Below, one piece after another: positions 35,004 to 49,034 of a stretch of DNA of 64,000 nucleotides. Each line of letters opens with the position of its first letter. Within the stretch, counting starts at the first letter, position 1. The position numbers and the translations under genes are program-made. Source of the stretch: Takakia lepidozioides (lineage: Eukaryota > Plantae > Bryophyta). The stretch lies in NCBI GenBank assembly GCA_030704615.1, contig CM060732.1:11160001-11224000 (forward strand). Reading direction: 5' to 3'. The notes beneath the pieces are model-generated. The model had not been told where the DNA came from, ran no database searches, and saw nothing but the letters and a program-made list of their open reading frames with translations.

Positions 35004-38000
35004 CTAGTGTGGTAGCTGCACGAGATAGCTCATCCCAGATTCATGACTCTCTGACTCTCTCTCTCTCTCTCGTTCGCTTGCTTTGTGTGTGTGCGTCAAA
35101 ATGATTGGTGGGTATTGAATGAGGGTTTGTGCTCGCCCCAATTCGTTATCACAAGAAAGGTTGGTCCCGTGTGTTTTTGCATGGTTGCTTTTTTTTCTGT
35201 TGTTTGGTGGGGAATATCCGATCCCCAGAACTCCCACCTCCATATTCACAGAAATCGTCCCTGGTGGGGGCAAGACCGCTAATAGCTCATGCTTTGGACA
35301 GAGAGCACCATAGCTTTGAAACATAGCAGTCATGAAATCCATCGAGACACTTTCCCAAGACCCCTCTGAAATCGACAAGGGGTTGTAACACCTCGCTTGC
35401 TTTTTTTTTTGTACTCACTGTCCGGTTTTGTTGGCATGTGGTGTATATCTTGACATACTCCTCGGCTTTTTCTTTGCCCTTAGTTGGGCCAGAAATACTT
35501 TTTTCTCGAAAGGATGCCGCGGTGCGCTTGGCTCCACCGTGGCCCACAAGCGGGCCCATCGTGGCATTCTCTCAAGAGACTATCTCTGATCCCCTCCCTT
35601 CGGCACATAGAGACGCTTTTGCTTGTACCGGAGCAGTCCATTTTGCAAGTGGAACTGCGATTTCACCCCATCCTCAAGTCCCGCATTACAGACTTCGTCA
35701 TCTCATATTTCCGGTCAGCCTTTCGGATCTTCCTTTGGAGCGTCGTCTTCGCCCTAATAATACCAGCATGAGCTGCTGCTTTCTTTACTTAAGGCATTGG
35801 CCACCACATTGTCCCGTCCCAGTTTGTACTGGATTATCTCTCGTCGAACACCGCTAAAGTATCTTGTCACCTAAGTGTTTTGGGGACAACTTTAGGCTGC
35901 TGGGCAAAATTACTTCACTGTGATATTGTCCGTGAATACCTTCACCAGGTTGAAACCAACATAGTGGCGCCAAAGCTCAAGGCATTGCACCACCCCACGC
36001 CTTCATCTCTTTGCTCCGTGGCGTTGGCCATCGTCGCTCCACTTCATTCAGTTTCTTATTTTCGTAAGCCACTAGACGTCCATCTTGCATGAGTACACCC
36101 CCAATCGCGAAGTCCGACGCATCTGTATGAATCTCAAACGGACAGTCGAACTCCGGGATTTTCAAGACGGGAGCTTTTTCCCGCCATCCGCTGCTTCAAC
36201 TCGGCAAAAGCTTGCCCCACAAAAAGGTTTTCCATACCCATACCTAGGATTTACACAGAAGGTCTGACAGCGGCCCCGCGATCTTGATAAAATTTCTGAC
36301 ATACTTTCGGTGATAGCAGGCCAGTCCTAGGAATGGTCGCATTCCTGGGACCGAAGTGGAAGGCTCCCAGTCCAAGATCGCCCTCTAACCTTTCTGTTCA
36401 TCGCATTTTTGATCCCATCCTGCGTAATCACATGCCCCAGGAACTCCACTTTTGTGACCCTGAATTCGTACTTTGAAGCTTTGGCACACAGCTTCCCTTC
36501 CCACAATTTCTGGAACAACCTTTTTGAAGTGTTCCAGGTGCTCTTCATGTTGTTTTCGAGTACACCAAGATGTTCGTCGATTGTACACGATCACAAGTCA
36601 TCCACCACTCTGGAAAGGCTTGTTCATTAGCGTACTAACGATTGCGGGAGTGTTGGTGAGCCCAAAAGACATCACCAAGAACTTATATGAACCATAACAA
36701 TGTCCTGCACGCGGTCTCTCTCAATCTCCTTCCGCCACTCTTAACTTTTTACCCTCTTCCACTCGATTTGGAAATGGTAGCCGGACGCAAAATCCGATCC
36801 GGCCTGAAATAAACTTCGCTCCAGCCAAACTCGATCGAAAAGGTCGTCGATCCTTGGCAAATGGACCAACCGGTTTTTTATAGATCACCTTAGTCAGAGC
36901 CCTGTAATCGACACATATATTCCGCAACGTCCCATTTTTCTTGTCTGCGAATAGCACCAAGGGGCTCCGTAAGGTGATTTACTCGGCCGGATGTACCCCT
37001 TTGACATTAGATCCTTGAGCTGAGTCTTCAGCTCGACCAACTCTTTGTGACTCAACTGGTAGGGCGCCTGGCAGGCGGCTATCCGACCCGGTGTTACCTC
37101 AATCTTGTGGTCAACTCCTCTTCAAACGGTAACAAGCCGCTTGGTAAATCCTCCGACATCACAAACATCTTTGTATTTCTCCAAGATCCCTTGATCCAAT
37201 CTGGGCTCGGCTCCCTATCGCCTTTTCCCTTCACTTGTCTTACGTAAAGCAAAAAAACTGAGGCTCGTGTGGCTCCTCCACGACCCACTTGCTGATAGCA
37301 GGTTTATTTTTTTATTAATTATGTCACCCTCCCACGGGGTTTGGGCGTTTTTTTCCGACACTCGTAAAATTTCGCCACCATTCCTACTCAGTAGCATGAC
37401 TACTTTCTTGCGGCCATCTATGACCGGTCCGGATTTGCTCAAAAAAATCATCCCCAAAATGAGATCCACTCCATCGATCTCGCAAATGGTGAAGTTCTCA
37501 CGTCCCTCCCAACTCCCCAGCTGAAGAGGAACATCGAACGCCAACCTCGTCGCCAATTGTGGTTTCTCTTTTTGCAGAACACACCTCAATAGAGGCCCCC
37601 ACAAATCACTTGTCGGGAGTCCAGCTTTTCGTGCCGTTGCGTGTGGTCATGAAAGGAGTGTGACGCTCCTATGTCCAACCAATAACGACATGTTAGTTCT
37701 AGAAATTGTCCTACTCACGAACAATAACTGAGTGCCTTTACGCAGGGGGGCCATTTTCTAATACAACTCACAAGAGTAGTTGCCTACCTTGCAACTCTTG
37801 GCAACCACCGCTTTCACCAAGCGGCTGATGGTATCTTCGGATAGCTCTGTGGTTGCCCGAGTCATGTTCAATTGACGGGGCTTCGTGCACTTCTTAGCCA
37901 TGTGCCCGGGCTCCCCGCAATTAAAATACACTCCATCGAAGGTTGCATTCTGTCCACCATAGGTCGTTGCACCTGCTTTTCCTTTTGGAGCACCTGGTGC

Positions 38001-39012
38001 CGCCTTAATGTGCAAAGCCTTCCTTCGATTTCTAGTGCCCCCATTGTCGCCACGTGGCCAATCCATTTTTTTTCTTTTCCGGTCGGAAGAGTCACCTTCC
38101 ACCGAGTTCTTCTTGTGGTTCAAGCTCCGATGGCCTTGTCTTTCGCCCCTAGGGACATCTGATAATATTTCAGCCCTTTCAATTGCCTTCGTTTCAAAGT
38201 CTTAGGTGGCTTCTCTCCTCCCAACTCCTTCCCCGTCTGGCCCATAAGGCCAGTCCCCCGCCATAAAGTTGAAGACCATTTTTGGTTCTGTCATCGAACA
38301 ATAACACATTGAAAGCCTGAACATATCCCCGAATGTCATCCGTTTGCTTCAACTTCCTCATCTTGTCTCGGGCGAGCCAGGACGCGTTGAGGGGCACAAC
38401 CAGTCTCTTTCATAAGTTGTTCCTTGAACCCACTCCAGTTCAAGGTTTCCAGTTTGGACTTTTTGGTCCCGTGAAAGCGTTTCTTCTTCCTGCCACCATT
38501 GTTGGGCATAGCCCCTCAAATAGGTGGGAGCCACTTCCCACCCGATCCTCGTCTCTCAAACCTGGCCCGCCCGGAAGTACGGCTCTAGCTCCCAAGAACC
38601 AGGTGTTGAGTGCATTCCAATTTCAGACACCCTCGAAGGTGTCCGGTTCCTTAAGCTTCACCTTAAACTTTGCCTTAGTGGAAGTGACATTAGCCGCCTT
38701 CAACACATCTTTCAACGTCCCGCCAAACTGTGCCAACAATCCTTCCCAAAAGGCTGCTGGCATGGGAGACATCTGTTGGTCTGGTGGCGCCTCGGGAAAA
38801 TCCTCGGGCCCCGACTCCCCAGATTCCTCCCGTTCTTGAGTGGCCTCGCTTTCAAAAGCATGAATCGCCTCCTCATATTAACCCGCTTCGGCGACACGTC
38901 GCCCCCTTCGGGCTCACCAGGATTTATCCTCTTTCCAGTCGTTCCGCTTTCATTTTGGCTTGCCACCCCATGATGAGGCCGACCTCAAGGAGCATCGCGT
39001 ACTGAACTCTAA

Positions 39013-39024
39013 GCTCTGATACCA
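39013..39024 (-). promoter_or_regulatory. Primer-binding site for initiator tRNA-Met
   Basis: Minus strand TGGTATCAGAGC, 2 nt from the LTR edge. Confidence 0.9.
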
Positions 39025-39026
39025 AG

Positions 39027-39780
39027 TGTCGTGCACCTCACTTCGGTAAGCTCCCCTTCAAGTCATAGTTACTTGCTTTGATGCACGTGCTAAACTCCCA
39101 AACTGCCCGCCGGGCCAATTCGAAGCTTCGGCTACTCACCGGGGCATAGCGGTCCCCCTTTACTACTCCACAAGACCTTCTATCATTTGGGGCCTAGTGG
39201 AAATTCCCTTTGATTGCTGGCAGTCCGGAACAGCTCCCCCACACACCTTGGTCGTTTTCCCGCTCTCGATTACTTGCTAGTTTTTGGTTCACCAATTGGC
39301 TTGCACCGGTTCTCGGGGTTACTATTTCTCTATATATACTTTTTGTGGACTGTCCGCCGGGGGTTTCAACAAACAATAGCATCCTTTTATGGCGAACCAC
39401 CACGAAAACCCTCGATTCCCGGTGATGAGTCGCGGGGAGTCTTGGCCCACCCACCACGGCCCTATTGGACCGTGATGAGTCCCAAGACTCCTCACGACTC
39501 CCACCACCAAGGGTCCCTTTCCGCCTCCATGGTGAGTCCCATGTCATCCCCACTAAGTCCCACTAAGCTACCACCACCGCAACCCAATGTGCAGGGCTCC
39601 ACCTAGTGAGCGCCTCCGCCTCCTTGAGTGCCTTGGGCCACTCAAGGGTGCTTCAGCCCCCGTATCTATTGTTATCACTGCCCCCACCACAGGGGTCGCC
39701 CCTTTTGTGTCCCGACCCCCCTGCCCTCAAGGTGAAGGGCCACGACAAGCAGAGTGGCGGCCGCGCTTTGTGTTGTGACA
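39027..39780 (-). repeat. 5' LTR (TG...CA) of the Gypsy element
   Basis: Begins tgtc at 39027 next to the PBS and ends gtgaca at 39780. No second LTR in the window to confirm the outer edge. Confidence 0.65.
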
Positions 39781-40210
39781 ACTACTTGCATTCATGTGGA
39801 GATTTGTTATCGCCTTTGCATTGATCCCAATCATCTTTCTTCCTCCTAATATATTTGTTCTCCCTCTTCCACATTGTCAACAAGCTTGAGAGGCGCCACC
39901 CTTGGCCGGGACTCGGAGGAAGCCGGCCTAACTAGCTAGTGGAGAGTAGAGTCAAGTGGGGGTTTGGTTCTTTGCCATGGGACGCCATGGTACGGAGACA
40001 AACTCCCTTTGATTGGGGACGCCACAACATTGATGTTCGTTTCTGCAAAATGTACAAATCGATGAGGACATCGACCCCTGTTAGTAGGGGTGCGTGTCGC
40101 GGCCCTTTGGGCAGAGCTCGGTACAATGTCCCGACTCATCACTTACAATTCACTCACTTGGCCTGTGCCGCCCCATGTGACCACTTGAGGAACTGGTGCG
40201 CATTGTGACA

Positions 40211-40582
40211 TAGGGTAAAACACCATATGACCGTTATAGTTCCTATGACCGTTCACCTCATAATTGCTTGGATCAGGCCTGCATGAGCCACCATTGCTGG
40301 GCCCAAGACTGCTCATTTTTGCCACTTGGCAAACAGTTGTTTGATTAAACCCCAAGAAATATGAGTGGTCATAGGACTTCACACAAGCATTCGGATTGGT
40401 TCAACTTTGAAAACCCATAACTTTGTGTGGATTTCATGAAATCATGCATTTCCAAATGTGTTGGGATGCCCTCAGATGTGGGCATCTTATCAATTTATCC
40501 CTTATCGGGGTAAAAAAGACAAAAATTCACCGGTAGATCTTCCGCCATCTTTAGATGAACGGTCATAGGGTGTTCTACCCTA
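40211..40582. mobile_element. MITE with 25-bp TIRs, probable TA target (Tc1/mariner-pogo-like)
   Basis: tagggtaaaacaccatatgaccgtt vs revcomp tagggtagaacaccctatgaccgtt (23/25). Confidence 0.8.
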
Positions 40583-41390
40583 AGGAGTAAATGCTCAGTC
40601 AACGACGAGCATCGAGGTCATGAGGTCATGAGGTTACATTCATGATGGGCTTCATCTTGCCAATGTTGAAATCAACTAAATTTTATGTTTCAGGCATATT
40701 TTTTTGTGAAGGGAATGCTTCTACGGAAGGCGTGAAAGCCTCTTTGACAGACGGCTCTTCCGGCGGACAACCAAAACCAATCAACCAAATTGTGATCCTC
40801 CATAGAGGCAATTCGGGTTATCAGGGAATGCACCAAAACGTCCCTAACAGTGGATCTAAATTCTCAACTCTGGGCACCGCCACTGCAGCCCCTGGAGAGA
40901 GACTGGGTCACCTGCACATCCTCACCCAACCTGGTCATATATTTACCATCTAACTTACCCAACCTGGCCAAATCCGGAGGGCTGCCACTCATCAAGTTTC
41001 AACTCTCAAGCACATATCCTTCACCTGGATTCGAAGCTGCTATGGTATCTGCAATCTCTAGTGGACAATTTACCCCCGTCAGGTTTTGCCAGCGGTCCTC
41101 AACAAACAAGTATGAAGTATGAACCCAATGGCGGCCGCTGATCAACCTCTGGAAGCCTGGCTCTCATTCCACCTTTCCCTCTGGGTTGAGGGGCAGTCCT
41201 TTAATGAGCTTTCAGTGGACCCAAAGGATCCTTGCGACTTTTCCTCAACGATTGCAAGTGCAATTGGTGACCCTGAATTCAAAACCCCCTCAGATGTCGT
41301 CACCATTTTCTCTCTGAAAGTACCGAAAAGAGCTCCACACCACTTCCTGCGCCACCCACACTCGACACCACTCGACCCGTTGTCAAAAGG

Positions 41391-41890
41391 ATTCAGTAAA
41401 ATGGGCCATTTCATTTCCACCAAGGAGACGGCAACGACACAGGAGACGTGACGACTTTACTTCGCCCACGTCTTCAAGCATCATGGACTCCCGAAGGATA
41501 TTGTCTCGGACCGCGATCCAAAGTTCACAAGTAAATTTTGGAGGGCACTCTGGAGGAAAATGGGGACGAGGCTCAAGATGAATACCGCTTTCCAACCTAC
41601 GACGGACGCCCAAACGGAAAGGGTGAATTTCGTGGTGAAACAGATTTTACGGAATTACGTGTCGGCAGACCAATCGGACTGGGTGGAGCACTTGGACGCG
41701 GCAGAGTTCTGTTATAATAACACAAAACACTCCGCAACGGGAGTTTCCCCTTTCGTATTGGTCTATGGAAAAGCACCTCTGGTGCCGTCAAGTTGGGCCG
41801 CCCAAGACATTGAAGAACCGGCAGCAGCAACGGTGCTGGAAGAACGCGAGCGTTTATTGAAGCTCGCAAAGTACAACATTGCCAAAGCTA
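41391..41890 (+). pseudogene. Isolated Ty3/Gypsy integrase core fragment
   Basis: FSKMGHFI, HGLPKDIVSDRDPKFTSKFW, QTERVN, AEFCYNN..HSATGVSPF. Confidence 0.85.
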
Positions 41891-42499
41891 GGCTAGTGTG
41901 TAGAATGCATGCTAGCTTACAAAGTGAGAGAGGTAAATTGGATTAATCGTGTGTTTGTGTAGTACCAAAATCGGGTGACTCCTATCCAAGGGGCAAGGAA
42001 ACTTGCACATTCGTTGGGAGTTCACGTGCTAGTGCGCACCTAGCGCGTGCGCGTACTATAACTGCGCTACCGAGAGGGTTGCCTTGTAGTGCGGGCTAAC
42101 GCGGAAACTACGTGCTTCCGTTCACGTACTATAATCGTGTAGCCTCAGGATGAAGTCATAGTGCGGCTTCGGTGTGTTCCCGTACCTCAGGCCAGCATTC
42201 CAAGGCAGACCCAATTGTAGTGATTGGGGCACACGGTTGGTTCAAGGTTATCTTCCTAGTCAAAAAAAGGTTCAAGACGAACCCTTGCTCAAGGTGATGC
42301 CAAAAGTGGCATCACGAGCGGTTACAAGCAAATGTTGTTGCAATAAGGCGATTTGATCATCGGGGAGGATCGTTCCTTGGCCCTAAAGTGGGCCAAGAAG
42401 AGTACACTGGGAGGGCTTGCACATTTTCTACACCACCTCGCGAAAGTTTAGGATTGGCTAGCTTTAGTGAGCAAATTGTCAATGAGATTGAACTTGAGA

Positions 42500-45010
42500 G
42501 ACATGTAGATGTTGTTGCACCATCTGAGGGTATCAAGCTATTCGCACTCGTAGCAGAAAAGGCTTGATTACTTACTTCAAGTCAAATGGTATTAGTGCCA
42601 TGAGAAAATATGTTGAGACTGAGCACTCACACTTAGGTAGTAGATACGATGAAGATGTGAACAGCAGGGCAAATGATCTTTTGGAATGGCAACTTGCAAA
42701 GAAACGCCCAAAAGCCACACCTGGTACAATCTCCAAGTTCTTTTCTTCAATAGACCTTTTCAAAAATGATGCACCCACACAGAAGTCTTTCCTTCAGAAT
42801 CTTCTTCTGTTTGTGATTAAACAATACTTGCCGTTGAGGACAGTATAATCAGTGTAGCTACAAAGGTTGGCATTGGGCTTGTGTCCAAGTGTTGTGTTTC
42901 CAAGATGATCAGTGTTGTTGACAAAACTAGAGAGAAGTACGTCATTCTAGTATTGTCGTCGTATATCACAACAACAGCCACCTTCGACTTATGGATGTCC
43001 AAAGGTGCGCATAATATTTTCACTGTTGTCGTTAATTTTCTATCCTCCGAATGGGAACCTAGGCATGTGACAATTGGTTTATTTGAAGTAAATCACACTG
43101 CTCGACAGGCCATGGCGATGCAGCTGCAAAATCTGCACATTAAGAAATTGCTTCGCACATGTCATGTCTAAGGTTTGTCAGTATGCAAGCACCGATGAGA
43201 AAGTCTGTCGACGGTTCTCTTATGTGTCAATCAAAGTTGCTCAAAATGACATACAAAAATGTATCACCTGGCCTAAGAAATCCGGAAAAGACCTACAAGC
43301 ATGGGATGCTGCTTGTATTACTAAGGGACTCCGTCCAAGAAAGCTCAACACTTCTGCGAAAAATCGAGTAATTGGTTGTTTCATAGAAGTTCGAAAATTT
43401 CTAGATTGCATCATTTTTATATTGATTGGGCTAAATAATTCAAATGTGGCTTTGTGTTGTCTTATGTATGTAAATGTGATTGTGCATCTGAGTTGTATTA
43501 ATTTCTAATTGGTGTCAACATTTTTGTGGGATGCTTAGATTTGTAAGCCGTATTTTATTTCAAGATGCTCTTCGTTTTTGAGCAACCATCAATCACTGCT
43601 ACAGCCATACAGATAATTATAATCACAAATTGTGTCCTCAACCAAAGTAAATGACACTGGTTATTATCAGATGCTTTGAATTCATTCATCAGCCATAGCC
43701 TTGGTTGTTAAATATCATAGTGACATTGATGCAAGAATTGTAAATGACAAAGCTACGCCACAAGCCTGCTCACGTGAGCCTATGAGCCCAGGCACTTAGT
43801 CGGAGCTTGGGCGTCACGCTTAGTGGTCGTGATCACAGAGTGGTTGCGGTATTAGAAAGAGGGTATATACCCAGGATAAATTGCAGACCTATTCCCGCGA
43901 GAATACCAGCAGTGTCATTTGAAAAAATTTGGAAGGAATCAGATGGGATGCATTCATTATGTGCTTGTAATCAGGTGTGATGACTTATGTGGGTGTTAAC
44001 GACCACATAATTCGTAACCTCACAAAGCTACGTTATGTTATGATTTATTTTTTATTTTTTTTTCCGAAATAATAAATTTGATTTTTTTTTTATATATTAG
44101 AGAACTTGCGGGAGGTCCACGAATAATGTGGGCGTCATCACCAGATAACTCCTCACATTTTCTATCAAAAATTTATTTTTAGAAAAATGTTGGTTTTTTT
44201 TTTTTTTTTTTTTTTTTTTTGTCATTGGAGGACTTGCCCCGGGAGGTCCCCGAATTATGTGGGCGTCAACATGCACATAAATTCTCAAATTTATTATTTT
44301 TTATGTCATCGAAGGACTTGCGGGAGGGAGGTCCATTGAATTATGTGGCCGTCAACACCCACAAACAAACAACATAAGAGGCAATGAAGCAAAAACAATA
44401 TGAGGACATCCTGAAATAAATAGGACATCATGTGTAATATCTCGTTGTTCCATAGTGTAAACTCATTGTAGCTAAGAGTGTCCAAAGTTGATCTTACAAT
44501 GTCACAAACTTGGGTTTTGTCAGCAAAATTGGTTTTTTTTTTTTTTTTTCTCTTGGTTTTCTTCTCTCCCTTCAAAGTTTATGTCCCAAAATGGAATTGA
44601 TAATTATGAGCACAAACTTGGTTTTGTCAGCGAAATTTGGTTTTTTGTTATTACATTTTTTTTTTTTTCGTTTGACAAGCGGTTTGTGGCGATGTTGTCA
44701 CTTCAATCATGGAATAAGTGGCAATAGGTGAATGCACCGAAAATGCACGGAAATAGGTGAAACATCTGCAATTATGGGCCCCCTTTCCCCGGCTCCCGTG
44801 AGCCGAGGAGCTTCAGCCTGGCCAAGTTCATTGGCCAAGTTCATAAGCTCACGTGAGCTCGTGAGCAGGCTCACGAATTAGCATTCCTCTGGTATGTCGC
44901 AGCTAAACGATTTTGACAAGGAGCTGGAAGAACTTCAAGATCAACATGCAGAAAAAAGTAATGGGTGTCTTGACTCATTTTTTTGTCATTCCATGCACAA
45001 ATTTGAACAA
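42500..45010 (+). pseudogene. Degenerate hAT transposase, interrupted by an insertion at ~43755-44888
   Basis: BED-like GISAMRKYVETEH; TATFDLWMSKGAHNIFTVVVNFLSSEWEPRHVTIGLFEV; IQKCITWPKKSGK. Right boundary uncertain. Confidence 0.7.
43755..44888. mobile_element. Non-autonomous element with degenerate inverted ends (GTGAGC/GCTCAC motifs) and T-rich internal repeats
   Basis: agcctgctcacgtgagcctatga at left vs tcataagctcacgtgagctcgtgagcaggct at right. Repeated tatgtgggcgtca units at 43985-44360. Confidence 0.45.
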
Positions 45011-46324
45011 AAGGAAATGTAGTGGACAAGACCCCATTTTCAACCAATCAAAGAGCTTAGTTTGTTTGTCTGGTTCACTAGTCTGGAACAGTCCTTGTAA
45101 CCTACTTAATTTTTGGGAGATGGATGCCACCTGAATTTTTTATGGTGTCTGGACTTCAGCCTTCTCACATGCACATGGCCTGTCTCGACCACGACCCCCT
45201 CACCCCCTCGCCCCGCCCGACCGCTTTTTTTACCTTTGCTCTCCTCCCATCCTACCCCGTTTTTATTTTTATCTCTGGCTAAATCTGAGGTACGGAGCCA
45301 TACTTCCCTGATTTTGATCATGCGTATATACATATATACATTACTTTTCTCCCTTTCTGGCTCCTTTGCAAAGGACATGGTTACTTTAAGCTGAACCCTT
45401 CGATTCCATATTCCATTCCCTCTGCAGCTGAAAATTAAGGAGGCTTGGACAAACTCAGATAATGAGTTTGTCTCCTCTACTGAAAAATTCCTCAGCAAGC
45501 TAGAGGTGGTCAGAAAGCCTGCCCAGACATTACAGATTATTTGTCTTATGAAGGAATTGAAAAAAAAAAAAAAAACTTATCAAATGCTTTGCATAGTGCC
45601 AAAAGGTTATTCTTAGGTTATTGGAGCTAATTGAATGGACCCGCAAACTTTGGAATCCTATTAACTGGCGAACGCAACCTAGCTGAGTTGCTTAAAGCAA
45701 AGGAAGATACCTTTGTCGTAAAGCAGGTGTCAACTGGTCCCTACATGGGAAAGATGAACCTTTGTTTTTTTCTCAAGGCCAAGCGGCCACCACGATAAGC
45801 TCGCTTAAGATGTACAGGACTTTTCTCTGATGAAGCCAAAGGAGATGGCGGCACTTGCAACCTCTCATTTCTCTTATCTTTTCTACAAGAGGCCTTCTGC
45901 TCGACATCTTACATCTAAACAAGACGGTTGGGCTTGTTTCCCTCTGTCATCTCTTCTGTAGAGCTTGCGAATCTCTCAGCATATTTCTCGTCGATGGAAT
46001 TAGAAGATGCTATGTCCAAACTTAGTTCATTTAAATCCTCCGGACTAGATGGACTACCCCTTAAGTTTTTCAATGGAATCTGGTTAGAAATCAGTGATGA
46101 CTTTGTTCATTGACAGAAAACATCCTCACGAAAGGAATTATGCCTTCACAGCTTTCTAAAGTGTTATCGCGCTCATTCACAAAAAAGGTGATAATGATGC
46201 CTTATCAAATTACAGACCTATTTACTCTTCTTAATTCTAGTACAAAATCATTGCCAAGGCCTTGGCATCCAGACTCCAGCCCCTGCTCAGAAAAATTGAT
46301 CAGACCTGAGCAAACTAGCTTTGA

Positions 46325-47432
46325 GTGGGGGGTCTCCCTCTTCTCTTCTCTCCTTCCAGCCCAAGATAAGAGCGACTTGACGTCTGAAAAGAGACCCGAC
46401 TCTTGTGCGAATTTCGGATGTCTAGGCCAACGCAAAGCAGGGGGTGAGGGCAAAGACAACAAGAAATGGACAAGCATCCAAGAATGAGTTGCAATTGACC
46501 CTCAGTACAATGCTGCTCAACAAAGGCACCGATGTGTAAGTATGGCTACGGCCTCTTTATGCTCTGCGGCAGGGGGTGGTGGCACACAAGGTGCTCGCTC
46601 CTTGCGGAGCCATAGAAGTTGCGATCTCTCCCCTTGCTTGCAATCCCACATGCACAAGTTAGAGTGGCATGCAATTAGAACCCAAACATAAACACAGAGC
46701 GGCTAACTAACACCATGAGAACGACATACTAACATCTCGCGCACCTCGCACACACAGCAAACCGACAAGTTAATAGCCTAACACCATTGAAGCAGCGCAA
46801 TGCCCAAGCAGAAGATGAATGCGCTTCATGAACTCGACATGAAGCCTGAGCGGCGGCTCTGCCAGCAAATGGAAGGAGATACATTCACAAGCCGAGAGAA
46901 CAGCGGGTGTGGCAATGCAGTCGATGAAGGTTAAAGGGAGCGGAAGCACCGAACCTAGGCAAGGAGTCATAGTGCAGTAATGCTCAAGGGTCCAAATCAA
47001 CCGGGAGGACAAAGGTAGAACACTGTGCTCCACGAGGAGCTTAGACTGCACAAACGAGATGGCGGGAAGGGATGCCCCGGGTGGCTTTGGACGTCCTGGC
47101 GGGCGGACATGGCGGGCCCCTGACCACCCCACACACCCCCACCCCTGCTGGCAGCCCTGCATGGTACTCGCATTTCCAGCCAATTCTGAGGACGCCACGT
47201 TGCTGTCAACCGGCGTGGCATCCTTCTGGCCATGCCATTTCTGTACCCCTGCATGCCAAAAAAGATTCTGGCCCATTTACTCAATCCGCATGGTGTAAAA
47301 CGCGTTGGGAAGCTCTCTTGAAGCGCCACATTTCATCTTCAGGGTGCTTCTTCATCCCAGTTCATCTGCAGTAGTTGGTGGGCCCCGAAAAATCTCAAGC
47401 CACCCGATTCCAGTCGCTTGAGCATTTAGGGG
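46325..47432. mobile_element. ~1.1-kb insertion of unknown type inside L1 RT
   Basis: L1 peptide QTSF|VKDRMILVN is split here. Right end reads ..ttaggggttaa. Confidence 0.55.
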
Positions 47433-48310
47433 TTAAAGATCGCATGATTCTTGTTAACATTTTGTTGGCCAATGAGGCTTTACATTTTGCCTATGAATCC
47501 ATCCAGGCTTTGGCTCTTCTTATGTTGGACTTCAAGAAAGCCTTTGATAATATAAATTGGGAGCACTTGCTATGTGCGATTCAAAAAAGTGGGGTAACTT
47601 CCTCTCTTGGATTCGAATCCTTCTACACTCTGGTTCCTGCAAGGTCATAGTTAAAGATGCCCCTCTTCCTTCCCTCTCTTCCGTTCCGTCAGGCAGGGTT
47701 GCCCACTGTCCCTTTTTTTGTTCTTTATTGCTGCCGATGGCTTAGGCCCACCTCCTTCAAAGGCACCCAGACATCATAAGTTATGTCTCAAGATCCCTCA
47801 TTCTATTACCCCTAACTACAGTATTAAATCTTCACTTTATGCAGATGATACTGTCCTGCTTATGGACAACAACTCTTTCACAAATGTGGAAACGTATCTT
47901 ACAAGCTCTATCCTCTTTTTGTGATGCCATTGGGTTAAATATAAACTGGAGAAAATTTACACTCTCATTTAGAAGACCCCATGTGTGGCAGCCCACTGCC
48001 TTCAATGGGGGAATGATCTTGGTCTTCGGTGGCTGCAAGACGGGCACTCCATGTGCTATTTGGCCATCATGTTGGTCACGACCTCGATGATCAACATAGA
48101 AGTGAAGCTGTTTTGATTAAGCTCACAAGGAAACTATCTTACTAGAGCTCAGTTCATCTTTCTATTGGAGGCAAATTAGCTTTGGTGGTCAATTAGATTT
48201 TGTTGACTTCTTGTTGGTTCATCTCCTGGGTCTGGTCATGCTTCTGACCATCCCAGGTTTCTAGTTTCTGGTATGAGTCAGTCCGCGGTACCATGCTGCT
48301 TCCCTTCTGA

Positions 48311-48696
48311 AGGCAGGTTCACATGGCAAAAATCCGTCCGTCCCATCTAGCCATAGTGGTGGGCCCTCCACACGTGTGGAGGGGACGGACGGGACCGACG
48401 GTGCAACATGTTCACATGCAATAGTACACACGGACGCAACATATAAGTTTAGCAAGAGAAGCTCTCATAAAGAGCCCTCCGGCTAAACCCTACACACATG
48501 TTTTAGCCATGATAGCCAGGAGAAGGAATGAGGGATGGGACAGACAGCGACGGACAGCGGGAAGTACCTACAGTGGCCAGGCCGTTCGTCCCTTCCTCCC
48601 CATCGCGTTCCTCAAGGGTGGACCCCGGCCCTCCACACCCGCTGCAGCCGCCACGTCCGGATGGGACGGACGGATTTTTGCCGTGTGAACCTGCCT
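48311..48696. mobile_element. PIF/Harbinger (Tourist-like) MITE, 37-bp TIR, 3-bp TSD TGA
   Basis: aggcaggttcacatggcaaaaatccgtccgtcccatc matches the reverse complement of the right end at 36/37. TGA at 48308-48310 and 48697-48699. Confidence 0.9.
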
Positions 48697-49034
48697 TGAA
48701 CAAAATCTGGTCATCTGGAATTCACACTCCGTTGTATGTCATTTAACTCTCCCTGAATGGATCCTGCCTCTAGACATAAGTGGCTAACAAAGACAACCAT
48801 AACTTAAGGAGCTACTGGTATACACTGGATCCTATGCTGAATTGGTTGCAAGATTGAGGAAAGAAGTCGCTGTGGGAGAAGGACAGGGACGACACATTTC
48901 CGTAGAAGAATATGACAATCTAGTTACAGGGCATTGAGTGTTGCAACATTTGCATCATCCTCATAGCTTGTATAATCCTCTAGTTTGAAAAAAAGTGATA
49001 ATTTCCCATATGAAACAACTGCATGCTGCTTATG

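Larger units (their letters stand above)
35330..39780 (-). mobile_element. Degenerate Ty3/Gypsy LTR retrotransposon (5' LTR, PBS, gag, PR, RT, RNase H, start of integrase); 3' end missing
   Basis: gag knuckle (Y)FNCGEPGHMAKKC, LFADKKNGTLR.CVDYRAL, VEFLGHVI, FEIHTDASDFAIGGVL, WESVSMDF. Very many indels. Confidence 0.85.
45370..48730 (+). pseudogene. Degenerate L1-clade LINE ORF2 with two nested insertions
   Basis: KSSGLDGLP..FF, LIRPEQTSF, LDFKKAFDNINW, SVRQGCPLS, SLYADDT. Confidence 0.8.

Noticed and set aside
40600-41380. Several overlapping 90-110 aa ORFs
   Set aside because: No recognisable motifs; probably decayed retroelement.
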